DNA from: Phyllosticta citribraziliensis
Taxonomy: Eukaryota
Direction of reading: 5' to 3'
NCBI RefSeq assembly: GCF_038025025.1
Contig: NW_027117340.1
Location: 1,922,001 to 1,986,000, forward strand
DNA: 64,000 nucleotides
The translations under genes and the position numbers were made by a program. How positions within the stretch are numbered: position 1 is the first letter of the stretch; each line of letters begins with the position of its first letter. Shown piece by piece: positions 13,070 through 25,907 of the stretch. The notes under the pieces were generated by a model, which made no database searches, had not been told where the DNA came from, and saw only the letters and a list, made by a program, of their open reading frames with translations.

Positions 13070-15816
13070 TTAAGCCTCGTCGAGGTCATCGTTGCCTGCA
13101 ACGTTAAATTTCTTCCGGCCCGCTCCGGTGAGATTTTGCAAGGCCACCTTGTTGACTTGCGTGCCAACTTTCTTCTGCATCTTGGCGATCTCTTCTTCAG
13201 CGTCCTCTGGGTCTTCAGAGGCAAAGTCAAGGACCAGCTTGCGACCCAGCAAGTGGGTGCTCCGCAGCGCGTCCATGGCGTTCTCCGCCTCGCGAGGAGT
13301 TGTGAAGTCTGCGAACGCGAAACCCCTCGCTGAGGCGTCAAATTTCTTCGGCACGCGAACAGAGCGCAGCTGGCCGTAGGCTCCAAATAAGGCGCGAACG
13401 TCCTTCTTGGTTGCTTGGAAGGGCAGGTTTTTGATTATAATCTTGGTCGTCGCGGCCTTCTTCGCTTTGTCCTCTCTGCGACGCTCTTCTGCAGCATCCA
13501 AGCCCTTGTGAGAGGCCTTGATGCTGAGCTGATGTCCGTCGAGGTTGTAGCCGTCCATGGCAGCGAGGGCAGCCTGGGCCTGTTGCTTGGTTCGGAACTC
13601 GAGGAAACCAAAGCCCATACTCAAGGTTTGACCAGGCTTCTTTGGATCCGTCTTTGTTCTGACAGTCGCAGAAACAAATCCGTCCAAAGGTTTAAAGACC
13701 TCGGCCAGGCGCTGAGTCGTGGTGGCAAAGTTGAGGTTTCGAACGTAAAGGGTAGAGGTTTCAATCTGTTCGGGTGCCGCCGGCGCGGCCAGCAAATCAC
13801 TGGCAGCCAATTTGACTTTGCCCTCTTCGATCGAAGGCAAAGAAGCACCTGGTGCAGTGATGGGCTGGATGCCTTCCTTGAAGAGGTCTTTGGGGGCCTT
13901 TTCCAGAAAAAGAATGGAGTCTTTGATCTTGCGATACGCCAGAGACGCAAAAGCGGAGCGAGCTTGAGGGGGGCTTGCAAACTCAACAACAGCGATTGTG
14001 CCGCTGGGAGGCATGAGAAACCGGGTGACCTTGCCGTGGTCTTCAAACATCTTCTTGAGCTCATCCGGTTTCGTCCCATACGGAAAGTTCTTGACAAGGA
14101 TCGCGGTATCTCCCCTAGCCTTGTGCTTGAACGCGTCAAGATCTACTCCGTTCTGGGTAAAATATGCTTTGGTCTCCTGGATGACGTGCGTTTCTGCGTG
14201 AGCCTGTTTGACTGCGGCGTCTGCGGAAGTCGGATCAAGAAGCTCGGATTTGCTGACACCAAGACGATCAGCGACGGAGGACATTACGGAGTCTGCGTTC
14301 ATGTAGAGCGAGTTCCAGTTGAACGTCGTTTTGGACGACTCGGCCTTGCGCATGATTTGCTTTTGCTTCTTGAGAGGGAGCTTGGAGATGGCAAACTCGT
14401 CAAGCTTGTTCTCTCTTTTGGCGGCAGCTGGCAGGATATGCAAGAGACGACCTTGAAAGATCCGACCGTCCATTTCCTCGTAAGCCTGGACAGCGTGATC
14501 CGGTTCCTGGAAAAGCACGTACGCAAACCCTTTGCCTGAGTTGGTCTTGGGGTCGAGCGGCACATGCACCTATTGGCGTCAGCGACTGTACATGAAAAGT
14601 GACGCCTGGTATGAAAAGGTGGGCCCGCAATGGTTCAGAACGTGAGAAGCATCTACTAAAATATTCTCCCAGGATATCCTCAGCTGCATAGCATCGGTTG
14701 TCCCTATCTGTGTTCATCATGCAAAAAATATGGAAATGAGACTTTGGCGACTTACCTCCTCAAGGTCTCCATGCGTGCGGAATGCTTTGCGAATCTCATC
14801 TTCAGAAACATCATATGGAAGGTTCCTCAGGAAAAGACGTCCCGTTTGGTGAATCTTGTCGATTTCCGTTTCCACTTGTTCTGATGACTTGTTGTCCGGA
14901 CTCTGCTCTTCCTGGTCTTGAGCGACATCTTGAGCGACGTCATGAGCGACATCTTTGGGGTGTGAGTTGCCGCTCACATTGGCAATTTCGTCAACGTCGG
15001 TGGGCTTTGGCCGAAGAGTGACCTCCTCTTCATCGTCGTCTACCAGACCAAGCAGTCGGCTCGTCTTTGACCGCAACCAATCATCGTCCGTAACAGGCCC
15101 AGCAGGAGCTTGGGCATCTGCGGCATCTTCAAGGGCTGGTTGTGAGGCTTCAGGTTCGGTTTCCTTGGTGTCCTTTGGTGCCGGGATAGGCTCAGCTGGG
15201 GGAGGCGGCGAGACGCGTTTGGGCTTCTTTTCCACCGTCTGATATTCTTCATCGCTTTCTGCCTCCTCCACCTGGACTGCCTCGACATTGGTATCTGGCT
15301 CGCCAACGGTTTGGTCGACTTGAATGTCGTCGTTTTGCCAAGCCTTCACCTTGGAGGGTGCCTTCATCACCTCCATAAACTCTTTGAGCTTGGGATCCGA
15401 GGCAACTTCCTGATCAACACCACGTTTGCGCTTCAGGGCATTTTCGGGCGAGGCAGGAGACTTGTGCTCCTTTTCATCGGACACTTGGGCGGTCGGCGCT
15501 CTCTTTCGTTTCCTGGGTTCTGGGGCTTGACCTACCTGGAGTGAGGGGTTAGCAAAATCTTGCGCAGCGACTCCAGGCTCAAGCTTACGGGATCGGCTAA
15601 CGTGACTCCTATTCTCGACATGCGGATGAATGTCTTGTTGAAGTACTTGACAGCTTTGGCCGCAGCCTCTGGTGTTTTGTAGCCAACGAAGCCGATGCGG
15701 CGGTGCGCCAGCAGCTTAGCGTCAGTGATGGCATCTTGCTGCGCAAAGTGCTTCTTGAACTCGGCGTCGGACAAGGTTGGGGGGAGGTTCGAAACGTAAA
15801 TGCGTGAGGAAGCCAT
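13070..15816 (-). CDS. MRD1: Multiple RNA-binding domain protein 1 (5 RRMs, 40S ribosome biogenesis); 3 exons
   Basis: N-terminal RRM RIYVSNLPP..IGFVGYK; further RRMs RLFLRNLPY, ILVKNFPYG, LYVRNLNF and IIIKNLPF; conserved NWNSLYMN and AHAETHVIQET. Confidence 0.95.
14630..14725 (-). ncRNA. Intronic C/D-box snoRNA, probably a snR64/SNORD74-type guide for 2'-O-methylation of a large-subunit rRNA cytidine
   Basis: Lies in the ~185-nt second MRD1 intron. Box C ATGATGA is at 14720-14714, guide AGATAGGGACA at 14709-14699, D' CCGA at 14697-14694 and box D CTGA at 14638-14635. The guide is complementary to UGUCCCUAUCU, recalled as conserved 25S rRNA sequence. Confidence 0.85.
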
Positions 15817-16134
15817 GGCACGGCAGGTGTTGTGGAAAAGTTGGAGTGTAAATAGTGTCGCGGAAAATTTCGCGCGACCCGAGTGTCCTTCTCGCTACTA
15901 GCGTTGTGATCGCCCGCGCCAAAGCCGAGGGCCGCCAAGCTCGCATCCCGCTTCCACCCCCTGCTCCAGTCCTGCAACATCACCAGTCTCCAACTCTTTC
16001 GGACACACACACACACGCGCCGCATTCAACCAATCACACGAGCCATCGGTCGCTGCCCGGACTCAGATTCGCGTCCATCTGCCTCGATTTCCTCTCCTTG
16101 CGCGCAGCTTTCTCAGTCGACATCGGTCAGCGCC

Positions 16135-16734
16135 ATGGCTAATGAGAAGGGGCAGAATGCGGACCTGAAGCTTGAAGGTTGGTGCTGCTTTTCGGGCCTT
16201 TGAACCACGTTCGCTAAATTGTACTCGCAGCCCAAGTCAAGTCTGCAGACATGGTAAATCGCTGTCCATGACTAGTCAGATTTGGCGTTGCTAAGAGTAG
16301 TGCAGACCTTGGAGATGCAGGAGCAGGCAATTGAAGTTGGTAAGCGAGAAGCTGTTGACGTTTTACGCATGGAATCTGATCTTCTTCAGCGATGGAGGCC
16401 ATGCAAAAGTTCAACATTGAAAAGGTGGGGCGTTCGACCAACATCTGATGTACGCCAGCTGAACCAGAGTAGGACATTGCGCAGTACATCAAGAAAGAGG
16501 TGAGTGAGCTGAGTACGCCTGCAGATTTCTATACTGACATGTCCCAGTTTGACGACAAGCGCGGTGCAACTTGGCACTGTATCGTTGGAAGGAACTTCGG
16601 CAGCTTCGTAACTCACGGTACGCGCGTGAGCTTTTCCCCTCCTCGGACCAGTACTAATCCATTGACCAGAGACGAAGCATTTCATATACTTTTACCTGGG
16701 TCACTCGGCCATCCTGCTCTTCAAGACCCAGTAG
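16135..16734 (+). CDS. DYN2: Dynein light chain LC8 (nudG); 7 exons
   Basis: Spliced product is [98 protein letters not shown], across six ~50-nt GT-AG introns. Confidence 0.96.
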
Positions 16735-17380
16735 GGACCTGGAACCGAGCAACATTCTCACGGCTCCTTGAACTTAGCAAAGCGAATCAGTTTGTCCTTG
16801 CTTATGCAATGCGGTTATCGACTGGAGTTGGTCCCCTGCAGCATTCTCTCGTCGTGTAGCAATACCCGCGGCTCGCTCGGTTTGTTAGATATGTCTAATG
16901 ACTTTCAATACGGTTAAGTTTTCCCAGCCAGATTGTGGTGACATGGGAAATCAAATATCAAAGCAAGACTGCAGAAGCCAGCCGTTGATGGAACACAAGG
17001 GCGTTAGGAAGGTACTCCCATTGGCAACGGTCCGGGTATCTTTGTGGATCCGCTTGGAGGTTGCCCAAAATGGCCGAAATTGAAATGGTATTTCCTATCT
17101 CGGATTGAGGAGTTTACTTTCCCCAATGACGTAGCTATCATTGATTGCAGGGAATGAAGAATTTCGGCGTGGAATCAGCATGACTTCTTCCATTCCAGCT
17201 TCCCTCGCTCGTCGGGTCCTGCCATCCAAAACTCACGTGACCGGCTTGATGTTTTCCGTTGGTTCAGGTTGCCCCCATGGACCAGAGGCCCGTGCGGCCG
17301 TCACGCGGCGCGCACCACAAACGCACTCTCCAACTGTGCAACTCGTTCTTCCAAGACTTTTGCGCAACAACACATCAAGA

Positions 17381-19400
17381 ATGGTGTACGAATGGGAAGG
17401 CAAAGAAGCCGACAGCTATCGGCTGTATGTCGAGGAGCGGAGATCTCTCGATGAAGTCATGGAGTACTGGAAGCTACGGGGTTTCACGCCAAGGTTCGTT
17501 CGTTTGGCTCAGCAGTCCACCGTACACGACTACGGCCGTCGAGTCGGACAACTTGCACACCCCAGCGGGCCGCAGCTGACAGCGACAGTAAACGAGCTTT
17601 CCAGACACAATTCAAGGTCAGACCAAACTCTTCAGAACGACTGGCTGCAGTCTAAACCTTCTTGCAGCGATGGGACTTTCCAAGCAAGCAGAATCCGGCG
17701 CACAAGAATCCCGCCCTCGTTGCCCGCGTCAAAGAGCTATGGGAGACGAACACCAGCCAGAGGGACATGCTGGAAATATTGAACGATGAGGGGTTTGAAC
17801 TGCGAGAGCGTGAGCTCATGCGCGTCAGAGCGAAGAATCGCTGGCTCCTCAGAGCGGCCAATGGAATGAAAGGCGCACCTACCATGCCTCCGCCCCAGAG
17901 AATGGGCTCATTGTCGGATGCGCTCATGACGGAGGTACAAAATGCAGTAGGCGTACGTAGCCCCATCTCGTCCTCACTATCAGGTTCTGATCGCGGCCGT
18001 AGCAAGAGAATTCGAGGACGAGTGCAGCACCCGAGTCATCGGCCCCCATAGATACCGCATCCGAGCAGAGCCCGGAAGTGCTTCGCGAAAGGCAAGACCG
18101 CCTGGAAAAGCGAAAGCAGGAAAGCGAGGAAAGATGGGCTAGCAAGAAGAGGAGGCGGCGGACTAGAAACTGGGCAGGCTTACCTCCGGATCCAGCGCAA
18201 CCTCCTCGTTACCCATCAGAGACGACAATTGACGAAAGCAAAGCATACCTCGACTTGGACAACGAAAAGTATCGAGAGTTGAGGGATCAATTCCAGGCCA
18301 TTTGCAGTGAAGAGGATGTCATCAAAAAGAGACTGGCAGGTCCAGAGAGATGGCAAGGAGTCAAGGACCGCTTAATTGCCGAAAACGAACACCTCTCTGG
18401 TGTCTTTGCCCGGGACCATGCTGGAGAAGAAGGCGACAAACGAGCACTGTCGTTGGACGTCATTTGCACCGACGTCACAAAGCGCATGCGGACCATGGAC
18501 CGTAGGATGACGGTTGCCGAAGCAAAGAATATCATTGGTGTTAACCCGGAAGAGAGCCGGGTCATCAGAAATAATTTTTACGATATCCTCAAAGCCGAAC
18601 ATTTCACAAGCAAGCTGGAGATGGGTATTGAGCATTGGGAGAAGCTCAAAGAGCAATGGATATCTGATTGTCCAATCCTGCAGCGCATTCTCTCTGAAGG
18701 AGACGCGGAAGCTCAACAGGCACAAAAGCTCAAGGCGTTGGAGTTTTTGTGTCGAGACGTGGTCAAGCGCCTACATGACGACCTCTCCAGGCGGAATCCT
18801 TCGGGCAAGAGACTGCTCAACAACGGACCGGGGCCCGGACCGGCTCCCCCCAAACCAGGACAGAGCATTGCTCGAGAGCCAGCATCGCAGAATCATGGAC
18901 CAAGCCCTGCGAAGCCAGCTCCTCTGGGATATGCGCAGGCCATGAATAGCACGGCAGGTCCACCAAACGCTGCAGAACTCCAAATAGATCCTTCGCTCCT
19001 TTTGGCGGCCAGCGATCTCGCAGACCAACAGAATGAAGAGTACAGCCGTCAGCCTTCAAGCGAGCCAGAATACATGGCAGCTCAGCCAGCACAAGAATAT
19101 TCCTACTACGCCGAGCCGTCGCCGACGCCGATTCCAGTCTACTTTAGGTTGCACCAGCACTCGCAGATCCAAGCAGAGCCTCGAATATGGCTAGGGGCGC
19201 TGACTTCGGGGACGATGGAGGAGCTGCGCGATCTGTCGACGCGGGCTCACCCGGGAAGCAGTGTTGTGAGGATTGAGGGCGTGGTCAAAGGGCCTGATCT
19301 CAAGGAAGTCAACTACCCAATCGACGACAACGAGGAGCTCGGAGGATACCTGGCTCACATGAGCTCTGGTAAGGTCACGTTTGCCGTGCAGCTTGCGTAA
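17381..19400 (+). CDS. Clr5-domain protein; 4 exons
   Basis: The spliced N-terminus MVYEWEGKEADSYRLYVEERRSLDEVMEYWKLRGFTPSKRAFQTQFKRWDFPSK matches the Clr5 pattern and continues into ORF 18078-19400. Confidence 0.85.
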
Positions 19401-19876
19401 GGGTTGGAGCACAGGGCAAGTAGGCAGCAAACAGGATTGCTGATGGCCGTGTTGCGACCATGTACGTCAGCGGCGGGGATTCGGATCCCTGCGGCTATCA
19501 GGGCCGGCGGTTGTGACGTGAAAGTTTGGTTGGTCGCGTCCCGTGTCGTCTGCACGCGCGAAGGAAGCCAACGCAAGACAGACCCTTGATAGAGCCATGA
19601 GTTGGTGATAATTGATAGGTCCAACCACCCTCCGAGTAGCTCAAACTCCCTGTGCATCTCTCACAGCAGTCGCTGACGGTTGCTGTGTCGAATGCAAGCA
19701 CTCTTGGCGCCAAGTGCCAAGCACCCCTCCTGTTGTTACAGCTGCGCAGCTCATGACCCCACCAAGCTCCTAAACACGAACACCTCTTCAACCGCCTTTT
19801 CGCCTCTCTGTCTCCTTACCTATCCTACGGTCGAAAATTCACTTAGCGTCTTCTGAATCACCATCATCTCAGAAAA

Positions 19877-22800
19877 ATGCCGACTCTTCGGCTCTCCCCA
19901 ACCCTTCTACTCTCATGCCTAGTCCTGCTAGTCTTCCTAGCCACTCCGGGCGCCTGCTTTGGAGCTGGCAACGTCGCCTCGGTCTCGCGCATTGAAGGCA
20001 TCAACTGGCGCCATGGTGACATTGAAGATGTACGCTTTCCGCCCAGATACGAACAATGAGCCTTACTAACGCCCGTCGACAGACCCTGCTCAACATTCTT
20101 ATGGGCAAGATTGGCAAGGGCAAGAAGTTCTCCAAAATGGATGTCAAGCGTGTTTACTTTGGGTATGTCGCACCGGAAAGCTCGCCGAGGTTTTGGTAGC
20201 TGATACCGCCACAGAAATTGGCTCCGCGACTACAGCCAGGCTGTCGACGTAAGTTTCGCGCGAACGATCCACCAAGCCACCGCTGACCTTTCCTTCCCAG
20301 GTCGGAGCTCTCAAGATGGTCTCTTCTGAGGCCATTCGTCTGCTTCTCTGGATCCTCGGCTTCATGAGCTTTGGCTTCGCCACTGGCGAGTTTGAAGTGA
20401 CTCGTGACAGGTACACAGCGCCTGCTTCCGGCCTGTTTACACAACGCTGACTTGTTTAGGATTGGCTGCTACCGCCCCGAGGAACACATTGACAATCCCA
20501 AAGGCGAGTTTACAAACCACAAAGACCCAAACCGAAGCTAACTTGCCGCCCAGACTATGCCGACAACCTGGACGCTCGCGAATACGACCGCCGTCTTCGC
20601 GGACCTGTCGATGAGGAGGTTGAACTCGCCATCGACGAGCGCAGCGGACTCAAGAACTACATTGCCAACGAGAGGGCTGGGATTGACACTTCTGCTGGTC
20701 TTGTGCGTAAGCTGTTTGGCCGTTCCGTTGAGCTCGCTCGACGCTACCGCAGGGACGGCAACAAGGATGACTTTTACGAGGCACTGCGTCTCTTGGGTAC
20801 TGGTACTCACTGTCTTGAAGGTATGTGATGAATCCGTCATGCACGTGAATGCCCCTGGAGGCTAGATCCGCCCTGCACTTGATGCTCCTGAAGGCTAACG
20901 GATTGAAGACTTTTCTGCTCACTCCAACTACACGGAATTGGCTCTGATTGAGCTCGGAGAGCGCGACATCTTCCCCCATGTCGGTAACCGCACCAAGGTC
21001 GAGGTCGAGGGCAAGCGTGTCTGGCCCTGTGTCACTGGTAGGTACTTCAGATTTGCCCTTCACGCCAAAGGCTAACCTATCAAGGAACGTTCGGTGGTGT
21101 TGATTTCCTTCACTCTGTGATGGGCGAGGTCAACGACAAGGCAACCCAGTCTGAGGTCCAGGAGCTTGAAGGTGCCATTAGTAACGCGCAGTCCAACCAC
21201 GAAGCCAAGTCCATGGTCAAAGATCTCCTGAGCCAGCTCCCCGACGGTCTTCTTGGTGGCGACAACGCCTCGAAGGCTGACGAGATGGAGGAAACGGCTA
21301 CTGCTGGGCAGATGGAGAACATGAGCGTCAACCCAAAGGACCCGGAAGCATTCGTTGAACAGATGGACCAGATCCGGCGCCAGATCTACCCGATTCTGGA
21401 GTGGCACGACAACCTCATGCAGAACATCAACGAGGCCATTGAGAAGGTGCCCGTCCTGCCGGACCTGCTCGAAAAGTTTTCCGAAAACATGAGCATCTTT
21501 GTCTTCTCGCTCATTGCTCCCTTCATCCTTCCGGTCATCCAACAGGTCAAGGCTGAGCTGCAGACCGGCTCATCAGAGGTCATTCAAAGCTCAGTGGACA
21601 AGCAGCACATTGTCTTCAACGACGACTCGTGCTCTGACCCTACACACTCCATGTTGGCCAAGGACCACTTTTCCAACGTTTTGAACGAGCCCGCCGGCAA
21701 GGTTGCCAGCCAGGTATTGAAGTGGGCCATTCCCCAGATTGTCGAATGCTGGGACGATGAGGGCATTGACGCGGACCGCACCATCAGCCGTATCATTGAC
21801 GGCGTCTTGCACCACCCGGCCCTTCGCGACTACGGCGAGGATGGCGCCAGTGAAGGTCGCCAGCTCATGTTCCGCGTCGTGGAGCAGTGGTGGGAAGAGA
21901 AGGACGACGGCGACAAGGACGACTTCCGCGAAAGATTGAGCCGCGATGGCGTGCAAGAAGGAAGAAACCATCGCGAGGGCGTAGAAGACTCTGGTCATGG
22001 CTGCGGCAAGCCCCTTGCCATGTCCAGCTCCATCGCCGGCGGTAACTACAGCCAACAGTCGTCCAATTCGGGCAACAAGATCGTAGACCATGTCGGCAAC
22101 CTTGCGGGAGAGGCTGTTGGAGGCGGTGCCTTGGGCGGCATGGTCGGCGGTCTCGTCGGCAACGTCCTAGGAGGCGTTCTTGACAATGGCAAGTCCGAGA
22201 AGAAGGAGTACGAGTCGCAGGGGTACGGCGATGACGGCTCTCGCCAGGAGTCATACATGCAGACCAGCCGCCAGCGTCGTGGCTCTGGAGAGCAAGATCG
22301 CTACGGACAGTCCGAATACCGCCGCGAAGAGTATAGTGGAGGTCGCGGTGAGCGCGAGGAATACTCGCGTTACGAGCAAGAAGGCCGTTCGGGTGGTGGC
22401 TTCCAGGCCAGCGTTGAAGAGCGCAACTACGGATCTGGAGGATATGAAAGGCGCCAGGAGGAACGCTACGACAACTCCGGTGGTGGCTATGAGACGAGGC
22501 AGCGAACCGAGGGCTATGGAGAGAGCGGCGATTACTACAAGCAGGAGTCTCGGTAAGATTCTGAGGCCAGTGTCTCGAACTTTGACTGACCCATACGACA
22601 GTGACCACGGCCGTCGTTCCGATGAGGAGGACGAAAACTCCGACGAAGAGAAGCGCAGGAAGAAAGAGCGCAAGCGTCAAGAGAAAGAGCGTCGCCGCCG
22701 TGAAGAGGGCGACTATGACTCGGAGGATAGCAACGACTCCAAGAAGCACCGCCGCCGCAAGTCTGGCTCGCGCGAACGCCGCTCCTCGCGTGATCGTCGC

Positions 22801-23298
22801 TCGTCTCGTGATCGTGAATCTCGTGGCGACGATGGATACGGCATGAGTTCAGGTTATGGAGGAGCACAGTCTTCTGAGGGTTTCGGTCAATCCCAGTACA
22901 GCGGAAGTGGTGGGCACGGCCAATCCAGTGGATACGGCCAATCCCAGTACAGCGGAAGCGGTGGATACGGCCAATCCAGTGGATACGGCCAATCCCAATA
23001 CAGCGAAGGGGAGAGTGGATACGGCCAATCCCAGTACAGCGGCGGTGGTAGTGGATATGGCCAATCCCAATACAGCGGCGGTGGTGGATATAGCCAGTCC
23101 AGCGGTGGACCTCCTGGCGGCTTCGGCAGTGGAGACTACGAAGGCCAATCCGGCTATACTGATCGCAGCGAGGACTACGGTCGCGGACCCCCTGGCGGCT
23201 TCGGCGGTGGACCCCCTGGTGGTTTTGGCGATCAAGACGAGTACGGCAGACCTCGTGGCGGTGGTGGCTATGGCGGCGGTTATGGAGGTGGATATTAA
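19877..23298 (+). CDS. het-c: Heterokaryon incompatibility Het-C family protein (signal peptide, Het-C domain, glycine-rich C-terminus); many introns
   Basis: Signal peptide followed by FGAGNVAS..WRHGDIED, VKRVYFGNWLRDYSQAVD, LGTGTHCLEDFSAHSNYTEL, TGTFGGVDFLHS, DPTHSMLAKDHF and GHGCGKP. Confidence 0.93.
22883..23105 (+). repeat. Coding tandem repeats GGATACGGCCAATCCCAGTACAGC (YGQSQYSG / YGQSSG units) in het-c
   Basis: Five GQSQYS units alternate with GQSSG units in the last exon. Confidence 0.9.
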
Positions 23299-24532
23299 GT
23301 CCCGGGGTCCTCCCCTTGCTCCTGGAGTTGTTGGTAGACTGAGCTGAGCGGAAATGATGATGGTCTGGTGGACGTAGACAAAAAAAGCGCTGCTGTTGAC
23401 GATGATGACGATGATGAGGGCTTTCTTTATGCAATGGACTCAAACTTTGACAGAATGAAATGAATTGGTTTCAGAAGACATTATTAACTTGGTTTCCTTA
23501 CCTAAAGTCATGACGGAATGAGTGAGCTCCCTATCTCCATCCTTCAAGTGGAAAAGCTAAGTGAAGGCACCTAGACGTATCTTGGAGCTGGCTGAGCTAG
23601 ATGTGGTGGTGTGGTGGGGCGAGCGCGCTTGTTTTCGTTGTGTGGATAGTGCAGTGCAGTGAAGGAAGAGAAGATTATTGAGTGAAAGGGGGGGAAGGAG
23701 ATATCATGGGAAGAAGAAGGAAAGGAAGAAGGGGCAGAAGGAGATGCTTAAGGTAGGTAGTGCGTGATGTGTGGGTGTGGGACATCAAGGTACTATTCTC
23801 AGACCGCATCGTACCCACATGCTGTATGGCCATTGACGTCAGTCACCATTTATGGACTTACTCACCCAACCAGGAGGCACAAGAGGTCATGTTACCCACA
23901 ACGGCTTCATCTCATTTTTCTCACTTTCCACATGTACGACATGATGCATGAGATGATGTACTGTACCAGGGCATCAAATTAACTACCTACCTGTCTTCCC
24001 CTGATGATGGCAGACTGACGATGATTGGATAGCTGACAATGGCAGGCGATTAGGAGGTTGGCAGGAGATAGAATAGAAGAAGTCATATTTACAAGTAAGT
24101 TATGTATAAAACGGAGAGAAGTGAATTCCTGAACAGCTCGTCGCGGACTGACTGACTGACTGACTGAAACGCTGCGCAAGAACGAGATATCTGGCTGCTG
24201 AGCAATGAAACGATCGTCGACACTTTTCCTCCTTTTAACATAGTGGGTAGGGTAACGAAGGGAGACAAGGATGAGATTGAAAATGTCTGGGGTGTCTTGA
24301 GGGGTGCGGTCTTTGGTGATGGAAAGACCCAAGAGCTACCTGGTAGGAGAAGTGAATTTGTGAAGTAGTTCAGAGAGACGTAGGTGGAGGAAAGGATGGA
24401 TAGATAGATAGAATAGCTCGATGGGGCCCGTGATCGGTCTGAGTGAGCCGCCTCTAGCCGGCTGCGGCGAAGAGGGAGAGACAGGGGAGGAGGATAGTGT
24501 AGGATAGCAGCCATGGCAGGCAGCCTGGTAGA

Positions 24533-25907
24533 CTACACCACCGCACTTGGACTTTGAGGGCGAGGGTGGTGGTCGTCCTCACACGTGTTCTCAGTCTCGA
24601 GTCTTTCGTTTTGCAGTTCTGTCTCCAGCATTAGCAAAATTGCACGCACCTTCTTTGGAAGAACGGACAAATTGCCGCAAAGAAGCGAAAGGGAAGAAAA
24701 GAACTCACCGTAGTACGTCGACACGGCCGAGAAAGCCGGCTGTACCAGCATGATCAACGACAGAATCTCGCCAAAGCCAAACACATTGGTCGACGGCAGA
24801 TTCAACCCGCACAGCCGCGGGCCCTCGTCGTCTTCGGTCTGCGGCGGCTCGGCAAACTTTTGCAAAAAGACAAATGCTAGGCTGATGCTGACGAAGAAGA
24901 GCTGCTGCACAAAGGCCAGGTGCAGGTTGCCGAAGAGGACGAACCAAAAGGCGGCGACGAGACCGCGGCCGGTCGACGACAGGGCACGCCCGGCGGCCGG
25001 CCAGCGCTTGGCGATGCGGGCGTGCAGATGGAGGCGCGGACACAGCGGCGCGAGGCAAGTGGCGGTGGTGCGGATGGCCGACTCGCTGAGGCGGCGGGCG
25101 CCCTCGAAGACCTGGCAAAAGGCAACCCAGAAAGGGTAGAAGACGAAGACGACGGTGAGGAAGTAGAAGACGATGTAGGGAAGCGTGCTGGCGCAGTCAA
25201 AGTCGTCGCAGCGGAAGACGTGGTTGAGGAAGAAGACGAGGGCCTGGTAGAAGGGCGGAAAAGGCATGGTGATGATGATGGACGACGTCAGGAACAGCGC
25301 GTACAGGATTATCAACACCATGCGCAGTCGCGCCGTCATGCTGTGCTCCTTGAAGTACCTTTTGAGCGTAATGACCGATGCGAGATGCGACGACGAAGAC
25401 AGGCAGCTCAAATACATGACCAAGTCGACGTGGTTGCGGTGGTGGTCGTTGTAGTCGTGGTACCGCAGCCAGAAGGATATCATTATGGCGAAGCCCGTCA
25501 GGAGCTGCTGGTCTGCCAGCGACAGCATCACCCGGTCTATCATTTTGCGTGTCAGGCTGTATCGCCCCTTGACCGAGAGACCGACGCCCCATCGATCGTG
25601 GAGTCGCTTCACCGTTTTGGCTGGTAATACGGCGTCCGAATGGCCTTGGAGAATCTGGTCCTGCGTCAGAAGATGTCGGCATCGTCGTGGATGTACTTAC
25701 ATCTAGTATGGCTGCGCAGACGGCCAGTCCCGTTGTCATGGCTGCAGCAACGACGAACGCCGCAATGACCTGTTACCCAGTCTCAGAGCAGGTTCTTGGA
25801 GACTTGATGATCGGGGACATTACCCCAAGTCCAGCAATATCCGAGTCCACCTGACATTTCCCATGTTCGCCCGGCAGCGAGGCAAAGTTGACAATCGGAA
25901 AGCCCAT
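24533..25907 (-). CDS. Multi-pass membrane protein of unknown function (DxDIAGxG / LADQQL family), paralog A
   Basis: Exon 1 reads MGFPIVNF...QVDSDIAGLG. Later motifs are AAILD, LSLADQQLLTG, SSHLASVITLKRYF, QKFAEPP and VFGFGE. Confidence 0.8.

Noticed and set aside
13415..14539. Long antisense ORFs (also 9736-10527, 21865-22749, 22535-23443, 24920-25627 and 49164-50003)
   Set aside because: These are antisense or alternative-frame shadows of GC-rich coding exons, with no recognisable motifs.
20822..20908. GTGATGA...CTGA (C/D-like boxes) in a het-c intron
   Set aside because: The boxes abut the splice donor and branch point, the unit is very short, and I recognised no rRNA-complementary guide.
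24146..24415. (GACT)n and (GATA)n microsatellites
   Set aside because: Short, ordinary simple repeats.
17381..25907. A Neurospora-type het-c/pin-c incompatibility locus
   Set aside because: No HET-domain (pin-c-like) gene flanks het-c in this window.
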